Source of the DNA: a virus
Lineage: Duplodnaviria; Heunggongvirae; Uroviricota; Caudoviricetes
IMG/VR virus record: IMGVR_UViG_2703719355_000022
Location: 1-38,200 of that record
Length of the DNA stretch: 38,200 nt
Reading direction: 5' to 3' (one strand)
A program made the position numbers and the translations under genes. The stretch's first letter is position 1, and each line of letters starts with the position of its first letter. Below, one piece after another: positions 28,960-36,278 of this stretch. The notes beneath the pieces are model-generated. The model was not told the DNA's origin. It made no database searches and saw only the letters and a list, made by a program, of their open reading frames with translations.

Positions 28960-29187
28960 ATGACTACTAAAGCTACTCGCGGTCGCCCTGCCCGTTTTAA
29001 CGCTGAACAGATGGCTGATATTGCCTACGCTTACTATACAGCGGATCGTGGTAAGGAAGCGAAAGAACAGATTCTTAGTGAACATGGGATCTCAATCGCC
29101 CAATTCTATAAGAATATGAAGAAGTTAGACATTAAATTCTATGTTCAGATCGGTGATGGTCAGATCGTAGAAGCAACAGGTTTTTGA
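28960..29187 (+). CDS. small DNA-binding protein with N-terminal GRP motif resembling small-terminase N-terminal domains, 75 aa
   Basis: GGAGG 7 nt upstream of ATG at 28960; N-terminus TRGRPARFNAEQMADI resembles the GRPxxYxPE start of some small-terminase DNA-binding domains; too short for a complete small terminase. Confidence 0.4.
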   Translation: MTTKATRGRPARFNAEQMADIAYAYYTADRGKEAKEQILSEHGISIAQFYKNMKKLDIKFYVQIGDGQIVEATGF

Positions 29188-29263
29188 TTCTCTTTGCCAC
29201 TCTTCGGAGTGGCTTTTTTGTATATAAAACAATCTGAGCAAAACTGCGCACATCTCCATATAC

Positions 29264-29291
29264 AAAAAGCCCCACCATTACGGCAGGGCTT
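29264..29291 (-). terminator. rho-independent terminator (same family) closing the minus-strand early operon
   Basis: AAGCCCTGCC-GTAATG-GTGGGGCTTTTT directly after the TGA at 29296. Confidence 0.6.
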
Positions 29292-29295
29292 CTAA

Positions 29296-29940
29296 TCAGA
29301 TTCCGAAGATAGCAAGGTCAATACAGTTTTCACTATCAAGCAAATCACCAAGACATTTCTTAGTCTTAGGCTTTCTAACACGCGTTTTAACGGCCTTAAT
29401 CTTAGCGGTAATGGGTTTGGCTTCCTGTACCTTGATTTTTGCTCTAATGGCCTCGGCAGCAGCCATAATTTCTTCTTCTACTCTATTTCTTTGTTCTTTC
29501 TCTCTTTGTGCTTGAAACAGTGCCAGCCTCATCCATTCTATCTTCTGGTGTTCTGGATCTGCATTAGCAAGAGCATCCTTCAAACGAAGATATTCAACCT
29601 TATCCGCATCACTCAAAGAATTATAGAAAGCAAGTTCTTTATTATTTCGTTGTTCTAGTTCCTCTTCCATACGGCGAATATCTTTGACGATCATGTAAGC
29701 GATGTTAGCACTTAATCCCATCATGATAATCAACACGGATCGCTTTCCACCTCTACCTTCAAAGACATAATCACCATCGGTCTTAGTTGGCTTTTCTTTT
29801 AATGCATCCCAACATCTAAGCAATTCCTCTTCCGCCCTCTGATATGACACCTCACATACAACAGCAACCTCGCTCAAAAGCATAGATTTAACGCTATCAT
29901 CACGCATAGCACGGGTAATATCTTCAATAGTCAGGTTCAT
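29296..29940 (-). CDS. hypothetical protein, 214 aa
   Basis: ORF downstream of the Rha-like gene; charged helical composition; no recognised domain. Confidence 0.45.
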   Translation of the reverse strand: MNLTIEDITRAMRDDSVKSMLLSEVAVVCEVSYQRAEEELLRCWDALKEKPTKTDGDYVFEGRGGKRSVLIIMMGLSANIAYMIVKDIRRMEEELEQRNNKELAFYNSLSDADKVEYLRLKDALANADPEHQKIEWMRLALFQAQREKEQRNRVEEEIMAAAEAIRAKIKVQEAKPITAKIKAVKTRVRKPKTKKCLGDLLDSENCIDLAIFGI

Positions 29941-29987
29941 AATATTCTATCCTCAAAAAGCCCCATATTTCAGGGGCAAAATAAAAA

Positions 29988-30860
29988 TTAAATTCCAAAG
30001 TGTTCCAGCGATCCGACGTTCTTACGAATCAGTGCGGCAGTATTATTGACGATTGCACGAGCATTGTTAGGCTGCGGTAATTTCAAAGTTGCTCGTTGTT
30101 CTTCTTCAATCAATCCCAATTTAACCAGCACAGGTAAACAGTCAGTTGTGAACTCAAGCTGACCATGTGCTGATTGTCGAGCGTACATGTAAGCAGGAGG
30201 AAGAACATCATAGCCGTTAGGCTTACCAGAAGCATCCAGACGACGCTCAATGTGTTTAGCCTCACACAATCCCTTAAGAATCATTTGTACCTTTGTAGAG
30301 CCTCGTTTTTCGCCCAATAAACGGGTTAAGCTGTGTGCATCAATAGCTTTACGAACATGGAGATCAACTAATTGTTGATTCTCGTGAAGCAATTGTTCTT
30401 TTTCTTCTTCAAGTTTAACCGCTTCGCGCATCCAGTCGAGCTTAGTCATCTTGCTTGCGTCTGGGAACGGATTAGCTTCTTTGTTTGCCAATTCTGTTAG
30501 TAAACGTGCGTTTTCTTCTTTCAGAATCTTCCATTCTTTAATTACACGATTACGAATCGGAGTGCTATATCCAGTGACAAGAGTCATGCAAAGTTCTTCA
30601 TTCAAATGACATACCGGATCTTTAACAACGATACCTAAGCCATTGATTTTCTCCACAAATCCAAAATTGGATTCCTGAGAAATACCCAATTCTTTATACA
30701 TCACGCGAATATCACGCAATACATGACAGTGTTTCTTTCCGGTAAACTCGGCAATCTGGAAAGAAGACATAGTTAATTCTTTTTCTACAGAGTCATTTGC
30801 AGCAACCAGAGACACAGAAGCAGTTTTAACAGCGGTATTCATTACAGAAATAGCATTCAT
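29988..30860 (-). CDS. Rha-family phage regulatory protein (antirepressor-like)
   Basis: N-terminal LTMSSFQIAEFTGKKHCHVLRDIR resembles the Rha signature; start assigned to ATG at 30860 with AAAGGGG upstream (track start at 30917 is GTG). Confidence 0.6.
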   Translation of the reverse strand: MNAISVMNTAVKTASVSLVAANDSVEKELTMSSFQIAEFTGKKHCHVLRDIRVMYKELGISQESNFGFVEKINGLGIVVKDPVCHLNEELCMTLVTGYSTPIRNRVIKEWKILKEENARLLTELANKEANPFPDASKMTKLDWMREAVKLEEEKEQLLHENQQLVDLHVRKAIDAHSLTRLLGEKRGSTKVQMILKGLCEAKHIERRLDASGKPNGYDVLPPAYMYARQSAHGQLEFTTDCLPVLVKLGLIEEEQRATLKLPQPNNARAIVNNTAALIRKNVGSLEHFGI

Positions 30861-30947
30861 AATTAAGTTCCCCTTTCGGTTTAGTGATATTGATCCTCCT
30901 AGTTCCGGCATCACCACCGGAACATTTTTATTTATGATAGAAATTTA

Positions 30948-31280
30948 TTACCAATCGATTTCTACTTGGTCTTCTTCATAATAAGGAATCGCATATTCAT
31001 AACGCCAGTTTTCGATGATTTCACGTTCTTCATTAGTAAGAAGGTGATTGCTAACTGGAGTCGCATTGTGATTACCAGCTTCGAATTGCTCGCGAACTTC
31101 CAGCATTGCATGAATACCAGTTAAAGACATCAGATCAAACGGAACATGCATACTACGGGAGATAGTTTCACGGGATACGCCCCAATCATTTTCTACATGG
31201 CTAGGGGTTACAGAAACGGTTTTGCCGGATATTTTAACAGTCCAGTCATACAGGGATTTAGTGATGGTAAATTCTTTCAT
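30948..31280 (-). CDS. hypothetical protein, 110 aa
   Basis: AGAGGA ribosome-binding motif; first gene after a strong promoter; no recognised domain. Confidence 0.45.
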   Translation of the reverse strand: MKEFTITKSLYDWTVKISGKTVSVTPSHVENDWGVSRETISRSMHVPFDLMSLTGIHAMLEVREQFEAGNHNATPVSNHLLTNEEREIIENWRYEYAIPYYEEDQVEIDW

Positions 31281-31336
31281 GTTACATCCTCTTTACAAAT
31301 CTAGGTCAAATAGGTTCAAAGTTGTCAAGTGCGATA

Positions 31337-31365
31337 ATCATAAAAAAGTCAGAAAATTTTGTCAA
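31337..31365 (-). promoter_or_regulatory. sigma70-type promoter (TTGACA-17-TATGAT) for the operon 31280 down to 29296
   Basis: -35 at 31360-31365 and -10 at 31337-31342 on minus strand; overlapped by TTGTCAA-N6-TTGACAA palindrome at 31359-31378. Confidence 0.5.
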
Positions 31366-31400
31366 TACCCCTTGACAAGACGCCAAAGGGTTGACCTAAC

Positions 31401-31868
31401 TTACAGCATGTCTAAGCCTTCATCGTAGCCGTAGAAGCCATTCTGAGAAGAGAAACAGATTGGCGCGTAGTCGTCGTCATCTTCGTCTTGTTCATCTTCT
31501 TCTGGGGCTTCCTGAGCGGTTTCTTTGCCGTAGTTAAACATTGCTTCATCCAGTTCATAGACAGTAACGAAGCTCCCCAGGTCAATGTCACCGGAACGGA
31601 CTTCAAACGGAAGATCATCACGAACAATAATTGCTGGTAGATTCTGGTACTTTAAGCGTTCTTCATCGGTGAAGACGTTAACAACAATGGTCGGCTTCTT
31701 ATTACGGCAAAACGCATACCATGCACTAGAGAAATGGGATTCATCAGAGTTGAAAAGGATGTTATAACCACGTTCACGGAACATCTTCATTAACTTGTCA
31801 TTGTGAAAGCTATCAGAATCCAGACCCAGAAGGATAAAAGGAGTAGTGGTAGTCATTTTATGGTTCAT
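31401..31868 (-). CDS. hypothetical acidic protein, 155 aa
   Basis: GAGGA ribosome-binding motif; C-terminal third very acidic (EEDEQDEDDDDY); no recognised domain. Confidence 0.45.
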   Translation of the reverse strand: MNHKMTTTTPFILLGLDSDSFHNDKLMKMFRERGYNILFNSDESHFSSAWYAFCRNKKPTIVVNVFTDEERLKYQNLPAIIVRDDLPFEVRSGDIDLGSFVTVYELDEAMFNYGKETAQEAPEEDEQDEDDDDYAPICFSSQNGFYGYDEGLDML

Positions 31869-32153
31869 AGTGGAAATCCTCTAAAAGAAAGTGAATCAAT
31901 CTAATATTATTTATAAAGAGAAAATTCTTGTTATTATGGAAAGAGTGGTCTGGTAGAGTCCAAAACTGGTCTGTACTTGAAAGGTGATTGGATTCAGTCG
32001 GGCTAGCCCTCCTTCATAGATTTGATTAAATCATCACCAAAACGAAGAAGTATCTTTATAATATAAGAATCTTTCTTTTGTAGAAATAATAATCGAACAA
32101 GATGGACGCTCCCTGAGCGTCTGCGAAGCATATCTAATTCCTTCCAGTATCAT

Positions 32154-32242
32154 CAAAGTGATCTAGAATCAGTTTGTTTTAAAGTGATTGTAATACCTTT
32201 ATCTTGGAAGTGATTTAACTACCATCTTCAAAGTGATCTTGA
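32154..32242 (+). repeat. four direct copies of AAGTGAT(Y)T spaced 24-26 bp
   Basis: GTGAT cores at 32158, 32184, 32209, 32233; outer copies are the near-identical 19-mers TCAAAGTGATCT(A/T)GAATCA. Confidence 0.6.
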
Positions 32243-32316
32243 ATCATCATGTTAAAATCCCTTCCTGAATGATTCGAAGCAGATTACTCGCGCCCCGCAG
32301 GGCGCATAATATCTTT

Positions 32317-32354
32317 GTAGGTATATTGGTTTGATGGTATGTAGGTATATTGGT
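32317..32354 (+). repeat. direct repeat GTAGGTATATTGGT x2 (24-bp period)
   Basis: Identical 14-mers at 32317-32330 and 32341-32354; preceded by palindrome GCGCCC-CGCA-GGGCGC at 32290-32305. Confidence 0.6.
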
Positions 32355-32408
32355 CTGTAGGTCTGGATCGCTTCTAAGCCCCGTCATTACTGGTTTCCCC
32401 ACTTTGAA

Positions 32409-32662
32409 ACGGGGACGGGAAAGAGACGGGGAAGGGATACCACGGGGACAGGTCGGGGATAACATGGGGATGATACGGGGACACCACGGGGAAAGCATTT
32501 AAAATCATATCCTTACATAAGAATACGCATCTAATACCGGGGATTTTACGCGGGGATGGCGGGGAAACTACCCTAATCCGGGGGATTTTGCTTCCAAAAC
32601 GGGGATGAACGCGGGGACGGTGACGGGGATACATCTTCTAAAGTGGGGATATCGCGGGGAAA
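32409..32662 (+). repeat. G-rich array of at least 16 same-orientation CGGGGA motifs, first seven largely phased at 11 bp
   Basis: GGGGA starts at 32411, 32428, 32444, 32455, 32466, 32477, 32488, 32539, 32552, 32561, 32581, 32601, 32613, 32625, 32645, 32656; flanked downstream by an AT-rich stretch. Confidence 0.8.
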
Positions 32663-32865
32663 CCTTTAAATTCATTCAAATATTTTGATAGAAAATTCTT
32701 GTATATTATTTAACCAAAAAATCATCAAAAATCGCTGTAACTTAATGATTTAAAAGGGATTATCAAAAGGTCGCCGTGCTATAATAGGTTATAAAGGTTG
32801 ATAATCATTATTCGCCATTTTCACACAAAAATTTTGATAGCCTTTTCTCGCTTGGGTCAAGTGTG

Positions 32866-32894
32866 TTGACTTCTGTCAAGGATTATTTTATACT
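32866..32894 (+). promoter_or_regulatory. sigma70-type promoter (TTGACT-17-TATACT) reading into the plus-strand early genes
   Basis: -35 at 32866-32871, -10 at 32889-32894; flanked by GTCAA/TTGAC half-sites at 32856-32879. Confidence 0.55.
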
Positions 32895-33029
32895 TTTTCT
32901 CGTTGGTAGGGGTTGAAATTTTCAAAACAGTCCCCATATAGATGATAAGCAAGATTTTCTCTCTACTAAATACATGTGAGAAATGATTGTTCACTTCTGA
33001 AAATCTCCTGATTCACTGTTAATTAATAC

Positions 33030-33058
33030 AGCACTGGTTAGATATACAGTGCTTTTTT
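33030..33058 (+). terminator. hairpin plus T-run (AGCACTG-N10-CAGTGCT-TTTTTT); terminator or attenuator
   Basis: 7-bp stem followed by six T; a similar hairpin CCACTG-N11-CAGTGG-TTTT at 33117-33145. Confidence 0.5.
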
Positions 33059-33236
33059 GGTTGAATAATGTACGAATTGATTAATTATTAATCTTCTCTT
33101 TAGCAATTCGTGCTCCCACTGATCGGATATACAGTGGTTTTACAGGGTTTTCTGAAATGACTTTTATAAATAGAAGTATCAAGGGCGAAAAGCTCTTTTT
33201 ATGAGAAAAAATAATCCACATTGTAGAGGATGTAAC

Positions 33237-33419
33237 ATGGCCAGAACTGTTAAATTTACTCGCGAGATTATGTTAGAGAAAGCAAAACGCTACTTTGAAC
33301 TGACGCCGGGAGTGAGGATTGAAGAGTGGTTTAAAAATGAAGGCATCGATAAATCAACCTTCCATAAACTCTTAAAGAAATATGAAATCAAGGTGAAGAT
33401 TGAAGCTACCGTTTGGTAA
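33237..33419 (+). CDS. hypothetical small protein, 60 aa
   Basis: ATG at 33237 with GAGGA upstream (track start 33201 has no ribosome-binding motif); basic helical protein. Confidence 0.4.
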   Translation: MARTVKFTREIMLEKAKRYFELTPGVRIEEWFKNEGIDKSTFHKLLKKYEIKVKIEATVW

Positions 33420-33518
33420 TCAACTTTGACTGAGAATTAAATTATGAAACTTTTAACCAATAAAAAAGCCCCCTTGCGGCAACAAGGAGGCTTCTACTTA
33501 ACATAAGGAATTACTACA

Positions 33519-34532
33519 ATGAAACAAAATAACTTCTCTATTACCGTTTACAGCAACACCGCAGACACCGCAAAATATCAGTACGATGCAGATATCGAAA
33601 TTCGTAACTATGGCAGCAACGAAGCCGACGAATTAACTATTGGCACTAATATTTATAAAGAAGAATCTATCGATTCTCTGTACACCACTCTCTATCATGC
33701 TGGTTCCGACTGGAAAAAAGAATACCGTGGTTTAGAGCGTAAGAAAGCTACTTTGAAAGCAATGGTTAAACCAGACCAGCGCGAAGTATATGCTATCGCT
33801 TACAAGAACGGCGACGAATCCTATGTAGTGTCTATCCTGCAAGATGAAGCTGGTAGCCTCTGGGGTAACATGATCCACGCTTCCCGCCGCGATGCTAAAG
33901 GCCGTTTCGTTAATGGTAAAGTTAAAAACTTTGCTCTGGCTTCTAGTGTTGTTGGTGCATGGTCTGATTGTGCTCACGGTGAGAAATTCAATATTTCTTT
34001 CTTCGTTTCCAACAAAGCTAAACTGAATGTTAACGCTGTTGATAAGGCAGTATGGAAAGAAACCACTAAAGAAAAAACCGTTTCCAACTACGAAGAAGAA
34101 TTACAGCAGCGTGATATTCAGATTCTGTCTGATGCGCATCGTGCTTTTGAGCAACGTCTTGCTGAGATGGAACGCAAATTCGCTATGCTGATGGAAGAAA
34201 ACATTAGTCTGAAAAAAGAAATTGAAGTTCTTGAAATCCGTGTAGAAGAACTGGAAGCAAAAGAAGTTAAAGCGCCGGAAGTTAAAGAAGTTGAAGCGGT
34301 AGCAGTAGTTCCGGCAGCTACCCAGGAAGAAGCGAAAGAAGAAAAAGAAGCACCGGAGGCGGTTACTGTTGATCAGCCGATTATCAAACCAGCGTTAACC
34401 GTAGTTTCTTGTGATATTTCTGATGCCAGCTTAAACAACCTTCTTGATGTAGAAGAAGGATATAAACCATATGTTCCAACCATTCCGGCTATGGATGAGA
34501 TGGACCGCGAATTACTTGATTTTGCAGCTTAA
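33519..34532 (+). CDS. hypothetical protein with central coiled coil and acidic C-terminal tail, 337 aa
   Basis: AAGGAA ribosome-binding motif; heptad-like region around residues 190-250; C-terminus MDEMDRELLDFAA; function unknown. Confidence 0.5.
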   Translation: MKQNNFSITVYSNTADTAKYQYDADIEIRNYGSNEADELTIGTNIYKEESIDSLYTTLYHAGSDWKKEYRGLERKKATLKAMVKPDQREVYAIAYKNGDESYVVSILQDEAGSLWGNMIHASRRDAKGRFVNGKVKNFALASSVVGAWSDCAHGEKFNISFFVSNKAKLNVNAVDKAVWKETTKEKTVSNYEEELQQRDIQILSDAHRAFEQRLAEMERKFAMLMEENISLKKEIEVLEIRVEELEAKEVKAPEVKEVEAVAVVPAATQEEAKEEKEAPEAVTVDQPIIKPALTVVSCDISDASLNNLLDVEEGYKPYVPTIPAMDEMDRELLDFAA

Positions 34533-34559
34533 TTTTTAATTTAAAAGAGGAATACTACT

Positions 34560-35561
34560 ATGAACATTTACGCAATCGACAACAAAAAACTCAACAAAGA
34601 AGAAACTGAATCACTGGTAAACGTTCGTCTGACCTCCACCTTTGACGGTGGAGTTACCGCAAACTTCAAATTCACCGATAATCTTAACGGCGGTGATTAT
34701 TATCAGGAATTGTTTTCTATTCAGAATCCCCGCGCTAAAGATTCTGAGAATGTCATTAAAGAAATCATGAAACACGGTATCAAGCTGACGGTAGAAGAAC
34801 ATACTATGATTAACAGCTTCATCAATAAAACTGGTGATCGTCTGGTTTATTCTGTGGTTGGTTATGAACTTAGTGGGTTTTACGATGAAGAGAAGAAAGG
34901 CGTTGCTATGGTTGTGATTAGCCGTGGTGGCGTCGCTACTGTCTTCGCTTTTGGTAATGTTGTTCAGGGTACGCCGAAAACATCAAACGTTTATACGATC
35001 CGCATTAAAGAAAATAGCTATTGCCGTTATAATCTGGCTTTGGTGTCTACCGACGATAACAGCGTTGAACTTAGCGACATGAAATCCTACACCTTCCCTA
35101 TCGATGTGGAAGGCAATTTAGGAAAAACTGTGTTTCAATTCTATGTGACAAAACCTAAAGTTCCAGCATGTATTGAAGACCACGACCATCAAGTTTGTGC
35201 ATATAAAGCCAATCTGGAAGCGATTAAGGCCAAAGAGAAAGCAGAGCAGGAAGAACGGGATCGCCCACGTAAAGAAGCAGAGGCACAAGCAAAACAGCTT
35301 CTAGGCCGATTTAACAGCATGAAGACTAAGATCAAGAATGCTAAAACGTGGGAAGATGCGGTTAAGTTCTATCATCAAGCTAATATTCTTTTGGTTGAAG
35401 TAGAAGAAGCGCGGGATCTGTGGGCTAGCTTAGATAAGAAGTACGCGCAACGTAGATCGCCAGCAACCTTACAGCCGATTGATGAACTGTGCAAACTTCC
35501 TAAGCCAGAAATTAAACATGAAATTAAGAAAGCAAGACCTACCCTTCGTTTGGTTGCTTAA
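34560..35561 (+). CDS. hypothetical protein, 333 aa
   Basis: AGAGGAA ribosome-binding motif; Lys/Glu-rich helical C-terminus; no recognised domain. Confidence 0.5.
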   Translation: MNIYAIDNKKLNKEETESLVNVRLTSTFDGGVTANFKFTDNLNGGDYYQELFSIQNPRAKDSENVIKEIMKHGIKLTVEEHTMINSFINKTGDRLVYSVVGYELSGFYDEEKKGVAMVVISRGGVATVFAFGNVVQGTPKTSNVYTIRIKENSYCRYNLALVSTDDNSVELSDMKSYTFPIDVEGNLGKTVFQFYVTKPKVPACIEDHDHQVCAYKANLEAIKAKEKAEQEERDRPRKEAEAQAKQLLGRFNSMKTKIKNAKTWEDAVKFYHQANILLVEVEEARDLWASLDKKYAQRRSPATLQPIDELCKLPKPEIKHEIKKARPTLRLVA

Positions 35562-35564
35562 GAC

Positions 35565-35608
35565 AATAAAAAAGGGAGTCCCCGACGAAAGAGACTCCCT
35601 TTTGATTT
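35565..35608. terminator. bidirectional terminator (AAGGGAGTC-loop-GACTCCCTT flanked by A-run and T-run)
   Basis: 9-bp stem between convergent gene blocks. Confidence 0.5.
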
Positions 35609-35869
35609 AGGATCAACACAACAAACAAATTAAGGATTCTAAGGAAATTATAATGAACACTACCGTTACATTATTCTTTAAAGCCAGAAAATAACCGCCC
35701 CCTTCGGGGCGGGAGGATTAACACTAATCTATACTTGTTATGTTTTTATGATGTATAGACCATCGACTATGAAAACACTGTACTGTATGTGTTTTTATGG
35801 CTTTTAATCGGGAATCCTCAAAGAAGACCCCCTGTTAATAACCATAAGGAGAAAAGGCAGATTACATTA

Positions 35870-36148
35870 TTATTTAGTATCCTTGTTACTTAACACAAGA
35901 AACACCAGATAAAACAGAATCAGGATAAAGCACGTTTTACCAAATCCTTCGGGGTTAACATCAAACAGAATCATAGAGATTAACGCTACCACAAAACTAA
36001 TCGCTTCGATGATAACTACGATAGCAGAATACCCGATAAACGCGCCTAAGAATAATTCGTACTTCTCTTTATTACTGTCAGAAAGACCGTAAGCGGTAAT
36101 CATGGAAAGCGCGGTAATGATTACGAGATAAGTCAGAAAAATAGTCAT
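35870..36148 (-). CDS. small integral membrane protein (three predicted TM helices), 92 aa
   Basis: GAGG ribosome-binding motif; hydrophobic segments LTYLVIITALSMITAYGL, LGAFIGYSAIVVIIEAISFVVALISMILF, CFILILFYLVFLVL. Confidence 0.4.
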   Translation of the reverse strand: MTIFLTYLVIITALSMITAYGLSDSNKEKYELFLGAFIGYSAIVVIIEAISFVVALISMILFDVNPEGFGKTCFILILFYLVFLVLSNKDTK

Positions 36149-36180
36149 TTGTATTTTGCCTCTAGTTAGACAAACATCCT

Positions 36181-36226
36181 CAAAAAATCAAATCAGAAAA
36201 ATTGGGAGGGGAGCATCTAACTCCCC
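36181..36226 (-). terminator. putative terminator after the Nu1-like gene (GGGGAG-loop-CTCCCC then U-rich tract on minus strand)
   Basis: 6-bp GC stem followed by a T-rich tract on the minus strand. Confidence 0.4.
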
Positions 36227-36278
36227 TTAGACGTTGACTCGTTCAACATCTTTCTCACTATTATTTAGTATCTAATTT

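Noticed and set aside
32247-32634. Two minus-strand ORFs (83 and 86 aa) inside the G-rich repeat array
   Set aside because: Their Pro/Arg-rich translations are what CCCCG repeats produce on the C-rich strand; no ribosome-binding motif; the region is better explained as non-coding repeats.
32409-32662. Possible CRISPR array
   Set aside because: Repeat unit is only 6 nt with 5-16 nt irregular spacers and no cas genes; CRISPR repeats are 24-48 nt with similar-length unique spacers.
35653-35694. 13-codon mini-ORF (MNTTVTLFFKARK) with an AAGGA ribosome-binding motif between two terminators
   Set aside because: Lies between terminators with no promoter identified; too short to assess; at most a speculative leader peptide.
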